Part shown: positions 40,001 through 48,634 of the stretch, in pieces
Layout of the letters: each line of letters begins with the position of its first letter
Numbering within the stretch: position 1 is the stretch's first letter
Source of the DNA: Candidatus Endobugula sp.
Lineage (GTDB): Bacteria; Pseudomonadota; Gammaproteobacteria; Pseudomonadales; Cellvibrionaceae
Direction: 5' to 3'
Assembly (NCBI GenBank): GCA_047619205.1
Contig: JBLHJR010000006.1
Span: 77-64,076, forward strand
Length of the DNA stretch: 64,000 nucleotides
Notes under the pieces: model-generated
Seen by the model: only the letters and a program-made list of their open reading frames with translations
Databases searched by the model: none
Told to the model about the DNA's origin: nothing
Position numbers and translations under genes: made by a program

Positions 40001-40217
40001 CCTCAAAGGCCAGCTGCCATGACTCGCTATCTTTTTCGCTTAAATTACACTGTGCAATAGACAAACCCAAATTTTCTAAAATTGGCACTGCCCTAGAAAG
40101 AGTCAGTTTTTTACCTGTTCCATCCACATACAAAAATAACTTATTGTTTATTTTATCCAGTGAAAAATGTGTCTCACTGATTGATAAATCGTCAACTGCC
40201 GCACTGAAAATGTTCAT
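37044..40217 (-). CDS. Large-type NAD-glutamate dehydrogenase, N-terminally shortened (1057 aa)
   Basis: HLRGGKVARGGIRFSDR, KAQMVKNSVIVPVGAKGGF, DPYLVVAADKGTATFSD, GIGDMSGDVFGNG, EGGNLG, DNSAGVDCSDHEVNIKI. Confidence 0.92.
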   Translation of the reverse strand: MNIFSAAVDDLSISETHFSLDKINNKLFLYVDGTGKKLTLSRAVPILENLGLSIAQCNLSEKDSESWQLAFEVQDSPKIPQENNGLNKELEDFLAELFSGHAENDVLNKLALFSDVSIHYLPVLRALTKYLQQIKINFSVDTLFKSLIKHKEVAELLIEYFTLKFSPSVDDEKTDLSEVAEKISTCIDLIHGRDDDLICRRYFSVLKAITRTNFYKPSYVDDGGSALSFKIEPRHIDGIPKPVPAYEIFIYNQYVEGVHLRGGKVARGGIRFSDRAEDYRTEVLGLVKAQMVKNSVIVPVGAKGGFICKVDNIDASKRSYPAYIKAGYEIFIRALLDLTDNRIDGKTIPPAQVVRHDDEDPYLVVAADKGTATFSDFANTIAAEYKYWLGDAFASGGQYGYDHKKMGITAKGTWQSAKRLFSESGKNIDNDAISVVGIGDMSGDVFGNGMLLSKNIKLVAAFNHKHIFIDPTPNAKRSYGERKRLFELSYSSWGDYNSTLLSEGGAIFDRTKKYIVISVEAARCLNISTDDLSMTPDALIKAILCANVDMLWNGGIGTYVKASDETDIDVSDKANDRVRINATELHASVVAEGGNLGLSQKARVEFALSGGLIHMDAVDNSAGVDCSDHEVNIKILLQEVIKDGLMTHEQRNEFLASMSSSVSDLVLNNNFRQSKMLSQSNYTSPFFFDSFVQLINLLERDNVLDRELACIPSPENIESRIAAQKSFTRPELATLLAYSKSRLFNTLVDSDLIEDEFFQTLLLNYFPKKLVETYPSYIKSHPLRKEILASYLTNDIANRMGATFCNYVLEEDTASITPLVKAHIVAVEIFGVNHLYDAIDQLMYVVDSSVLLDLQLAIHYPLDKAMTWLIQEGIEGDVNHLVQTYQSILLALDENIQAYMPPQDLESFNNLVGLEVNKGVGLDLAKAVYSLNYSYYVLPLAKIAEEFSIDCDTVLHNFFRIGEELDIFWLYELMEKIAVDDSWKRKNKKFLVSKIESHHVKALRHLLSSPHENNQTDKIFPSLKSYLDLVWLAKSKPAYNFSMVAVLVSKLVHLVKL

Positions 40218-40219
40218 AT

Positions 40220-41146
40220 TTATGAAGTGATTTTAAAAAATTGTTTATGTAAAATGAGTTCTGCTTCTGCTTCACTCACATCGATAGCATGAAAAGACAC
40301 TTTTGTTCCCGGCAAACTTTGTGCAAGTTTTGAAAGATCAAGGTACGTTACGCAACCAATAAGGGGATAGCCCCCCATAGTTTGCCGATCTCTCATGAGC
40401 ACAATAGGTTGCCCGTCTTTTGGCACCTGAATGGCACCCATAGAGATCCCCTGAGAAATGATCCCCGCCAATGGTGTAACAATAGGCTCGCCAGACAACC
40501 GATAGCCCATGCGATCAATGTTTTGAGTCACTTCATATTGCTTATGACTAAATTTTTTCTGCGCATCGATACCCGCCGAGGTTTGCGATACATTAGGCAT
40601 ATAGCGCAAGATAATGTCCTTGGGATACTCTGGAATAAAACGAAAAGGCACCTGCTTGGCGGTTTCTGCTGAATGGGACGTGTAAGGTAAAACATCATCC
40701 TTAGCTAGCTTTGCACCATTTTGTGAAAGGCCACCTAACTTTTCTCGCACCACGGTTGAACTACTGGATAATTGCTTAACAATATCAAAACCGCCCTTGA
40801 CCGCTAGGTAACAGCGCAACCCAGACACAGGAGAAGAAAACTGTATAACATCTCCCGACTTAACTGCATACGAACACCAAGGAAAAATTTCCTGCTGATT
40901 TAGCGTGCAGCCTAAATTAGCGCCACAAATAGCCATCATAGTATCTTCGGTGAACACAGCAGAAAAGCTGCCGTAACTGATTTCTAGCTGAGCCGCGTCA
41001 TAATGATTATCCAATAGATAATTTGCCCACAAAAAGGCGTGCTCATCTAATGGGCCACCATTAGTCACGCCAATACTTTGGTAACCATATCGGCCGTAGT
41101 CTTGTATTAGCGCTAGAAAATTAGAATGTACTATTTTTAGTGACAT
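40220..41146 (-). CDS. pxpC: 5-oxoprolinase subunit C
   Basis: IQDYGRYGY, YLAVKGG, DRMGYRL, DRQTMGGYP. Confidence 0.9.
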   Translation of the reverse strand: MSLKIVHSNFLALIQDYGRYGYQSIGVTNGGPLDEHAFLWANYLLDNHYDAAQLEISYGSFSAVFTEDTMMAICGANLGCTLNQQEIFPWCSYAVKSGDVIQFSSPVSGLRCYLAVKGGFDIVKQLSSSSTVVREKLGGLSQNGAKLAKDDVLPYTSHSAETAKQVPFRFIPEYPKDIILRYMPNVSQTSAGIDAQKKFSHKQYEVTQNIDRMGYRLSGEPIVTPLAGIISQGISMGAIQVPKDGQPIVLMRDRQTMGGYPLIGCVTYLDLSKLAQSLPGTKVSFHAIDVSEAEAELILHKQFFKITS

Positions 41147-41829
41147 TAGAATGTTCCGCCCAATTTAATATATTCTGCCTTGCTGATAGCGTTAAATTTC
41201 ACTTTATCACCAGCAGAGAACTGGGTTAAATTTTCACTATCGTAATCAATCAGCTGTATTGGCGTCCTACCAATAATTTGCCAACCGCCCGGAGAATCCG
41301 AGGGGTAAATTGCCGTTTGTTGATCAGCAATACCCAAGCTTCCTCGAGCCACTTTTTTTCTTGGCGTTTCTTTTCGCGGAGTTGAAATACTGTCATCCAC
41401 ATTACCAAGATAAGCAAAGCCCGGCGCGAAACCAATGGCATAAACATCGTAAACCTTATCGGAATGAATTTGGATAACTTGCTGCGCACTTAACTGTGCT
41501 TGATCTGCAATAAAAGGCAAGTCGAGAGCAACTTCCTCACCATAATAAACAGGGATTTGAATGATCGTCTTAGACTCAACACTAGCCGCTTCATCATTAC
41601 AAGTTTTCAGCAGGCTATTTAATTGATTTTTAAAATCTAAACCAGAAATATTCAACACATCAAAAGTAATATGAATAGAGGCATAAGAAGGAATAATATC
41701 GATAATCATATTATTCATCTCCCGCTTAATTTCATTCACCAAATAACTGATGACTTTAAAATTTTCGTGTTCGATGGTTTGTTTGAATAAAATAACCAGG
41801 GTGTTTTCAGAAATGACAACGATATTCAT
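41146..41829 (-). CDS. pxpB: 5-oxoprolinase subunit B
   Basis: IIPSYASI, IPVYYG, IGFAPGFAYLG, SPGGWQIIGRTP. Confidence 0.9.
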   Translation of the reverse strand: MNIVVISENTLVILFKQTIEHENFKVISYLVNEIKREMNNMIIDIIPSYASIHITFDVLNISGLDFKNQLNSLLKTCNDEAASVESKTIIQIPVYYGEEVALDLPFIADQAQLSAQQVIQIHSDKVYDVYAIGFAPGFAYLGNVDDSISTPRKETPRKKVARGSLGIADQQTAIYPSDSPGGWQIIGRTPIQLIDYDSENLTQFSAGDKVKFNAISKAEYIKLGGTF

Positions 41830-41830
41830 A

Positions 41831-42559
41831 TTAACTTAATACATCTCGAATTTTTTGCGCCGATGCAACCGCTAGGCTACCATCACCGTGAATACAAAGG
41901 GTGTCTGCCACTATATTCATTGCTTTCCCTGAAGTGGTTATGACTTGCTTATCGACAATTAACGATCGTGCTTGCTTTGTAATCGTATCTACGTGACTAA
42001 ATACTGCGCCTTCCTCCTGCCGAGATTGTAAACTGCCATCGTCCATATAGGCGCGATCACAAAACGCCTCAAACAATAAAGTGACTTTACATTTATTGGC
42101 AATATCAATATATCGTTGATTATCTGGCGCAGCCATAATCATCAAAGGAATGCCTGATGGCATTAAGGAAACGGCTTTCACTAGCGCTGTGTAGGTGCCC
42201 TCATCGCGCATCATTACATTGTAAAGAGCACCATGGGGCTTCACATAATCAACATCGACACCATGGGCCCGACAAATGGCTTGCAAGGCACCCACTTGGT
42301 AAAGCGTAATGTTAATCAGTTCCGCCGGAGTAAATTTTATTTCTTTTCTACCAAAACCTAATAGATCAGGATAGCCAGGGTGAGCGCCAATAGCGACGCC
42401 ATGCTTCACCGCAAGCGCCACTGTTGAACTCATTATTTGCGGGTCTGAAGCATGAAAACCACAGGCAATATTGGCCATATCAACATAAGGCATTACCTCA
42501 GCATCCGCGCCCATCTTCCAAGGCCCGTAGCTTTCACCCATATCACAGTTGAGTTTCAT
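41831..42559 (-). CDS. pxpA: 5-oxoprolinase subunit A (LamB/YcsF family)
   Basis: LNCDMGES, ACGFHA, GAHPGYPD, YVKPHGALYN, TLCIHGD; start set at ATG 42559 by SD spacing. Confidence 0.92.
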   Translation of the reverse strand: MKLNCDMGESYGPWKMGADAEVMPYVDMANIACGFHASDPQIMSSTVALAVKHGVAIGAHPGYPDLLGFGRKEIKFTPAELINITLYQVGALQAICRAHGVDVDYVKPHGALYNVMMRDEGTYTALVKAVSLMPSGIPLMIMAAPDNQRYIDIANKCKVTLLFEAFCDRAYMDDGSLQSRQEEGAVFSHVDTITKQARSLIVDKQVITTSGKAMNIVADTLCIHGDGSLAVASAQKIRDVLS

Positions 42560-42575
42560 AGAATACATTCCCTAG

Positions 42576-43880
42576 CTAATTGTTCACTGCTTGAGGCAGA
42601 TAAAGCACAATTTCAGGGAAGATGGTAATAATAACAATGCCGATAGCAATCATAAAAAAGAACGGTAACGCGGCCTTAGCGACATATAAAATATTCTTAC
42701 CGGTCAATGCCTGTATGACGAACAAATTAAACCCTACTGGCGGCGTAATCTGTGACATTTCGACCACTAGCACCAGAAAGATGCCAAACCACATCAAATC
42801 TATACCCTGCTGCTGAACCATTGGCAGTACGATAGAGGTCGTTAACACAATGACCGAAATACCATCAAGGAAACAACCTAAAAGTATAAAGAAAATGGCC
42901 AAATAAATAATAAGCTCAATAGAAGATAAGCCCTGCTCTGCAATCCAAGCCGCTAAGGTTAGTGGAATACCGATAAAGCCCATCGCCAAGGTAAGAAAGT
43001 GTGCGCCGACTAAAATTAAGCCCAGCATACAAGAACTTTTTACCGCTCCTAATACACTACTGCGAAACCCTTTTAGTGAAAAACTACCCGTCACCATGGC
43101 AATAACCAAAGCACCGGTAACACCAAAGGCAGCGGCCTCTGTTGGCGTTGCTATACCCGCATAAATTGATCCTAAAACACCAAAAATCAAAGTGGCAATT
43201 GGAAATAATTTTTTCAGTGCAATAATTTTTTCAGTAGTCGAGTACTTGATATCTTCGTCATTGGTTGCATTTTTCTTACTAAATAAAGACCACGCCATGG
43301 TGTAACACATAAACAAGCCGATCAACATAAGGCCGGGGAAAACACCCGCTAAAAATAAGCGAGAAATAGAGACTTCCGCAGCCACACCGTAAACAATCAA
43401 AATAATGGAGGGTGGAATCAACAAGCCTAAGGTTCCCGATCCCGCCAAGGTACCAATAGACAAGGAATCACTATAACCACGCCGGGATAGCTCTGGTAAC
43501 GTCATACGACCAATGGTCGCCGCCGTTGCAGCCGAAGACCCCGATACCGCCGCAAAAATACCGCAACTTAAAATATTCACATGCAGCAACTTACCAGGCA
43601 ATTTAGCCAGCATAGGGGAAAGCCCCTCAAATAAGTCTTGCGATAGCCGAGTACGAAATAGAATTTCGCCCATCCATATAAATAAGGGCAAGGCCGTCAA
43701 CGACCAGCTGGACGCTGCGCTCCAAGAAGACGTCCCTAGCAGCAAACCCACATTACTACTATCAATTAAAAACAAGCCCAGCATTGCCAATCCCATTAGG
43801 GTTAAGGAAATCCAGACACCGCTCACCAACATTAACAGCATGCAGATGGCTAAAATTAAACCTACAATTGATACATCCAC
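42576..43880 (-). CDS. TRAP transporter large permease DctM
   Basis: SGSSAAT, GTLGLLIPPSI, TPTEAAA, ITPPVG. Confidence 0.93.
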   Translation of the reverse strand: MDVSIVGLILAICMLLMLVSGVWISLTLMGLAMLGLFLIDSSNVGLLLGTSSWSAASSWSLTALPLFIWMGEILFRTRLSQDLFEGLSPMLAKLPGKLLHVNILSCGIFAAVSGSSAATAATIGRMTLPELSRRGYSDSLSIGTLAGSGTLGLLIPPSIILIVYGVAAEVSISRLFLAGVFPGLMLIGLFMCYTMAWSLFSKKNATNDEDIKYSTTEKIIALKKLFPIATLIFGVLGSIYAGIATPTEAAAFGVTGALVIAMVTGSFSLKGFRSSVLGAVKSSCMLGLILVGAHFLTLAMGFIGIPLTLAAWIAEQGLSSIELIIYLAIFFILLGCFLDGISVIVLTTSIVLPMVQQQGIDLMWFGIFLVLVVEMSQITPPVGFNLFVIQALTGKNILYVAKAALPFFFMIAIGIVIITIFPEIVLYLPQAVNN

Positions 43881-43884
43881 AGTC

Positions 43885-44406
43885 TTATACCTCAGATTCT
43901 AATTCTAGTGCGTTTTCGGCATGAACATAGCTAGGCACTTTGCCCATCAGCATGGTTACCAATGCATCCAACATGGCAATAAACAAACACGTCGAGCCAA
44001 TCGCCATCGGCATTTGTATCATCCACAATGGCACGGCTAAATAAGTGTCGGTAACATCGGCAAAATCATAAGCCTCATATACCGTAACCGCAGTGTAAAA
44101 TGCCAAGTATCCACTGATACTCAAACCAATGAATATATTGATATATTCAAAAAACTGTTGTCGTCGACCAGAAAAGCGATTTAATAAGATGGTCACTCGA
44201 ATATGGCCGCCTTCGTTAAAGGTATAGGCGAGACCAAAGAAAATAGTGGCTGACAATAACCAGCCAGCGAAGTCCTCAGAAGAGGGAATGATTTGACCAA
44301 GAAGTCGCGCTGCAATTTGCGCTAAAATTAATGACACCATAAGAATCAAACAGAATCCCGATGCCCATGCTGAAAAAAGATAAAAACTGTCTTTAATTTT
44401 TTTCAT
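43885..44406 (-). CDS. TRAP transporter small permease DctQ
   Basis: Four TM segments, GGHIRVT. Confidence 0.9.
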   Translation of the reverse strand: MKKIKDSFYLFSAWASGFCLILMVSLILAQIAARLLGQIIPSSEDFAGWLLSATIFFGLAYTFNEGGHIRVTILLNRFSGRRQQFFEYINIFIGLSISGYLAFYTAVTVYEAYDFADVTDTYLAVPLWMIQMPMAIGSTCLFIAMLDALVTMLMGKVPSYVHAENALELESEV

Positions 44407-44491
44407 AGGAAGATACCTTTGTATTAAAAATTATTTTAAATTGGGCTCCCCTATAGTATAGAAAGTAACAAATAAAAATGCCCACTACTTT

Positions 44492-44524
44492 ATGAAAACA
44501 CGCCCAAACTGGACGCGTTTTCAT
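44492..44524 (-). terminator. Intercistronic stem-loop between dctP and dctQ
   Basis: 15-bp stem, 13/15 Watson-Crick; both deviations are G-U pairs on the transcribed minus strand. Confidence 0.65.
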
Positions 44525-44551
44525 ACTACAAGTTAGAGTGTATCAAAGTAA

Positions 44552-45517
44552 TTACTTGTTATATGCATCGATAATCGCTTGACCTTCTGCGCCAGCTTCA
44601 GCTAACCATTCATCAAGCATAGTTGCACCGATAGCTTGCAGCTCGGAAGTCAACGTAGCCGACGGAGCAGAAACAATAATACCCTTATCGCCAAGGATTT
44701 TAGTGTGCTCTACCGCATTTTTAGCACCTAACGCCCAGCCTTTTTTCTCAGCATTAGCCGCAGCTGCCCAAATAACGTCTTGAGTCGCTTGATCTAATTT
44801 AGCCAACACTTTCGAGTTTACAAAGACCATGTTTTTAGGGATCCAAGCGCTAACGGTAGTAAAGTTTTTGATGTAATCCCAGCTTTGATTATTAACACCC
44901 GTACTTGGTGATGTAATCATGCCGTCAATAACACCAGTAGTAAATGCTTGTGCAACTTCACCGAAAGCAACGTTAACTGGAGTTGAACCCATTAAGTCAG
45001 CCAAGCGCGAAGTGGTTGGGCTATACGCACGCATCTTCAAACCTTTCAAGTCAGCCAAACTGTTAACTACCTTATTTGAATATAAATCCTGCGCAGGCCA
45101 AGGCACGGTATAAAGCAAGGTCATGCCATCTTTAGCCAACTGCTTAGTAATTTCAGGCTTAGTGGCTTGATATAACTTTTGCGCCGAATCAAAGGTTGTC
45201 GCTAAAAAGGGCAAGTTATCCAATTTAAATACCGGGTGATTATTGCCTAAGCGGCCACCAAAAACCTCACCAAGTTGAACTTGTCTAGAACGTACTGCAC
45301 CGTAAATTTCAGGATGCTTAATTAAAGATGCGCCTGAGTGAACTTTAATAGTTAACTTATCGCCCGTGTTTTTAGCAATTTCTTCCGCAAACGATCTTGC
45401 TACTTGCGTTGGGTGGTTAGCATCGCCATAAGGTGTAGGCATGTTCCAAGTTTCAGCTAAAGCACTCGCAGAAACTACCATACCCAGTAGCATCGGTAAA
45501 AGTGTTGTTTTCTTCAT
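44552..45517 (-). CDS. TRAP solute-binding protein DctP
   Basis: Signal peptide, WNMPTPY, LKGLKMRAY, VIDGMITS. Confidence 0.92.
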   Translation of the reverse strand: MKKTTLLPMLLGMVVSASALAETWNMPTPYGDANHPTQVARSFAEEIAKNTGDKLTIKVHSGASLIKHPEIYGAVRSRQVQLGEVFGGRLGNNHPVFKLDNLPFLATTFDSAQKLYQATKPEITKQLAKDGMTLLYTVPWPAQDLYSNKVVNSLADLKGLKMRAYSPTTSRLADLMGSTPVNVAFGEVAQAFTTGVIDGMITSPSTGVNNQSWDYIKNFTTVSAWIPKNMVFVNSKVLAKLDQATQDVIWAAAANAEKKGWALGAKNAVEHTKILGDKGIIVSAPSATLTSELQAIGATMLDEWLAEAGAEGQAIIDAYNK

Positions 45518-45621
45518 GTTGATATCCTCATTTCTTAGTTATTGGTTTAATTTTTTCTTTCTTACTATTTCTTGCCTTAACCAGCCATAGCTATTCAGCT
45601 AAATAACTATGTGTGCTGCCT

Positions 45622-46434
45622 TCAACAATGGCTTACGCTTAAATCCTTATAAGCAAAATCGGTGATTAACATTTTTCCTGGTGCATGCGTAATGACCAAG
45701 GGTAATTTAGCACTTCTAACCGCGGCCTGCGTGGTAACACCACAACCCCAGAACACAGGAATCTCATCATCTTCAATCGGCACAGCAGAACCATAATCCG
45801 GTTGATCCATATTCATAATCCCAATCGACTCAGGACTACCAATATGTACAGGAGCGCCATGAGCTTTAGGAAATTCACTAGTAATGCGCACCACCTCATC
45901 AATATCTTCTTTTTTATAGGGGCGCATCGACACCACCATATTACAATTGAAGTTTTGCGTGCCATTCATCTTGATATTGGTGTCATACATGGAGACATTG
46001 ACACCTAGGCTAATATTTTTTACTGGCAAACCTGCGGCCAGTAAAGCACTTTCGAAGGAAAACGAACAACCTAGCACTACGGCAACCGAATCATCAGCCC
46101 AATACTGTTGAATATCCGCTACGCTAGCAACAAAATTGCCATGTTCAAAAATATGGTACTCAGGGAGGTCGAGCCTAATATCTAGATTTTTTCCTAGGTT
46201 ATCGATGGCGGGGTCACCCGGCTTGGAAACACCCAACAAGGGGCAAGGCTTTGGATTTTTTTGGCAGAATTCGATAAATTCATCAGCAAAGGCCTTAGGC
46301 ATAATCACTAAGTTACCCTGCACCAGATCTGGCATCAAGCCACTAGTGTTATCAACATAATCACCGCTGCGTATGGTTGCTCTAAGCTGCTGAAGATTCG
46401 TCATAACAAAAAACCTATTATTATTAATAAACAA
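45622..46434 (-). CDS. DUF1445/UPF0317 family (YcsI-like) protein
   Basis: QGNLVIMP, NPKPCPLL, LGCSFSFE, VVSMRP, HGAPVHIG, PVFWGCGVT, THAPG; start may be 46404. Confidence 0.88.
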   Translation of the reverse strand: MFINNNRFFVMTNLQQLRATIRSGDYVDNTSGLMPDLVQGNLVIMPKAFADEFIEFCQKNPKPCPLLGVSKPGDPAIDNLGKNLDIRLDLPEYHIFEHGNFVASVADIQQYWADDSVAVVLGCSFSFESALLAAGLPVKNISLGVNVSMYDTNIKMNGTQNFNCNMVVSMRPYKKEDIDEVVRITSEFPKAHGAPVHIGSPESIGIMNMDQPDYGSAVPIEDDEIPVFWGCGVTTQAAVRSAKLPLVITHAPGKMLITDFAYKDLSVSHC

Positions 46435-46477
46435 AAAAGCGTGCTTATTTTCTAAAAATAATATTATTCAAGTTGAT

Positions 46478-46527
46478 TCATAAATTCAAATTATGATTTT
46501 TTCTAGAATTTGATAAGATTTTGTTAT
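46478..46527. promoter_or_regulatory. Two LysR-type T-N11-A boxes
   Basis: TCATAA-N7-TTATGA (46478-46496) and ATAA-N7-TTAT (46513-46527), centres 33 bp apart, upstream of DUF1445. Confidence 0.65.
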
Positions 46528-46574
46528 GCCCGCAATAAAAAGAGGCCTAATATATGGAAATCGATCAGAATTCT

Positions 46575-47465
46575 TTATTGACTGTAGTCAGCAATCACCG
46601 ATTTAGCCAATTCAATCATCGATAACAATTCAGGTTTATGGGGACTCATGGGATAGGAAGCGGTAAAGGTCATATCGGAGGGGTGCCAATCGGTATTAAT
46701 AATGTGTAAACGCCCCTTACGGAGGTCTTTTGCCACCACATCAAGAGGCACTGCTGAAATACCCATACCGTCAACGACCAAGCGTCGACAAACGGCTAAA
46801 GAACTAGACGCGAACAGCCTGGCAGGCCGCTCAGAGCCACGGGCAAATTCACGGGTAATTTCATTGTAAGGTACGGTATTGCGAGCATAAGTAATAATAG
46901 GCCAACGCGATAACGCAGAGGTAGATTGCACCTCAGAACCAATACCTAATGATGGGCTAGCCACCCAAATCAAGGGCATGGTATCGAGATGATCGTTGAC
47001 GATAACAGGGTCTGACAAAGGCCCCACTAAGAAGGCAATATCAATCGCGCCAGTCAATAGTTGCTTTGCTAGGGTGACGGAAACATCCACCGTTAATTCA
47101 ATGGCAACGCTGGGCACATCTTCTTGAAAACGCTTCAAAAAAGTCGAAAGCCATGAGTGCGCGATAGTTTCCGAAACACCAAGACGCAACAAGCCCGAAT
47201 AGGCAGCCTCATTATTTGCTGTGTTAGTGAGTTCTTTAGCAAAGTACACTAGCTTTTCGGCATAAGGCATCAACTCATGCCCCTTGGGTGTTAAAAACAC
47301 CTTACTGTTACCTTCACGTTCAAATAACTTAACGCCTAATTCTTCTTCCAGCAATGATATTCTAGATGAAATGGCAGGCTGGGTTGTACACTGCTGCTCG
47401 GCCGCTTTACTAAAGCTATGCAACTTTGCCACCCAAAAAAATGCTTCTATGCGTTTAAAATTCAT
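46575..47465 (-). CDS. LysR family transcriptional regulator
   Basis: SFSKAAE..TTQPAISSRI..LE.ELGVKLFER HTH; LRLGVSET. Confidence 0.95.
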   Translation of the reverse strand: MNFKRIEAFFWVAKLHSFSKAAEQQCTTQPAISSRISLLEEELGVKLFEREGNSKVFLTPKGHELMPYAEKLVYFAKELTNTANNEAAYSGLLRLGVSETIAHSWLSTFLKRFQEDVPSVAIELTVDVSVTLAKQLLTGAIDIAFLVGPLSDPVIVNDHLDTMPLIWVASPSLGIGSEVQSTSALSRWPIITYARNTVPYNEITREFARGSERPARLFASSSLAVCRRLVVDGMGISAVPLDVVAKDLRKGRLHIINTDWHPSDMTFTASYPMSPHKPELLSMIELAKSVIADYSQ

Positions 47466-47790
47466 TATTTAAAATAACCAATATAAGACTGAGCTGTCAA
47501 CTCGTTTAAGTCTACTGAGTATAAGCGAAAAAAAGCCTAGGGTGGAAAAATTTAAATAGCGTTTTTTTTGTAAAGAAAATGAGGGCTACACTCTTACCTT
47601 TTACGCTTAAACATTGATAAAGGCGTTAGGTTTTTAGTCGCTATCGAGACTACTACAGTCGCAAAGCTAACGCATTTCAATAGACGGGTTAAATTCACTG
47701 TGCATCCGTGCATTAGTCAAAATATCATCATCTCTGTCTCTTTCGATGATGATTTACACGTATAATACAGAGAATGAATACTGACATTAT

Positions 47791-48603
47791 GTGCTTTTTC
47801 TAGGACGCCCCATGCCAAAAAACTATCACTGCCGAGCGCTTACATGCATCACAGCATGCTTAACTGCATTACTCTTCAGCCTATCAAATGTGGCTGCAGC
47901 AGAAGTAAAACTGGTGTTACAACCAGCAAAAAATGGCATCGAAAAAAGAATTAATAAACGACTGGCGACCTCACCTACCATCATCAACGCTATCAAATTT
48001 CTTAATGATACCTTCATCACACCAACAGATATTACACTAGCATTCGGTTCCTACGAAAAGATTTGGTATGAACATCACGAAATTCAAATCCCCTATCAAT
48101 TCATCCAAAATATTCGCGAAGGCTATAACAACACCCGCATCCCCCACCGCTTCGCTGAAATAGACGAGTTTACTGGCAACACCTTATTCCATGTTATCTT
48201 TCACGAAATGGCGCACGCACTCATAGAACAATATCGTCTACCCGTGATTGGCAGGGAAGAAGACGCCGCCGATAGTTTGGCAGACGTGCTATTGATTTAT
48301 TTTTTTGAGGCCGGAGACCAAATTGTTATCAGTGCAGCAGACTTGTTTTACATCAATAGTGTACATGAAGGACGATTAACAAAAGAGGATTATTGGGCAG
48401 ATCACAGTTTAGACAAGCAGCGCTACTATGCGAGAATTTGCCACGCATACGGCAGCAACCCGACAGAACATGCTTCACTCAAACAGCGGGTACAGTTCAC
48501 TGATGAACGCGCCAAGCGCTGCATCAGACAATATCGAGAGGTGGAGCGCAGCTGGTTAACGCTGCTAAAACCTGCGTTAAAAAACTCACAAGCAACACAA
48601 TAA
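47791..48603 (+). CDS. DUF4344-like putative metallopeptidase
   Basis: FHEMAH (HExxH), GREEDAAD, DHSLDKQRYY..IC..YGS; signal-like N-terminus; start uncertain. Confidence 0.75.
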   Translation: MLFLGRPMPKNYHCRALTCITACLTALLFSLSNVAAAEVKLVLQPAKNGIEKRINKRLATSPTIINAIKFLNDTFITPTDITLAFGSYEKIWYEHHEIQIPYQFIQNIREGYNNTRIPHRFAEIDEFTGNTLFHVIFHEMAHALIEQYRLPVIGREEDAADSLADVLLIYFFEAGDQIVISAADLFYINSVHEGRLTKEDYWADHSLDKQRYYARICHAYGSNPTEHASLKQRVQFTDERAKRCIRQYREVERSWLTLLKPALKNSQATQ

Positions 48604-48634
48604 AAATTAAAACAAGTTTGAAAAAACTACACAC

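Noticed and set aside
40220-41829. Idea that PxpBC, as urea-carboxylase carboxyltransferase homologues, load CO2 onto the OadA biotin domain
   Set aside because: With pxpA present, the established function is ATP-dependent, biotin-independent 5-oxoprolinase; nothing in the sequence supports biotin coupling
47463-47501. Possible leaderless lysR transcript (TTGACA-N18-TATTTT, 5 nt before ATG)
   Set aside because: Weak -10 and non-optimal spacing in an AT-rich tract; needs TSS data
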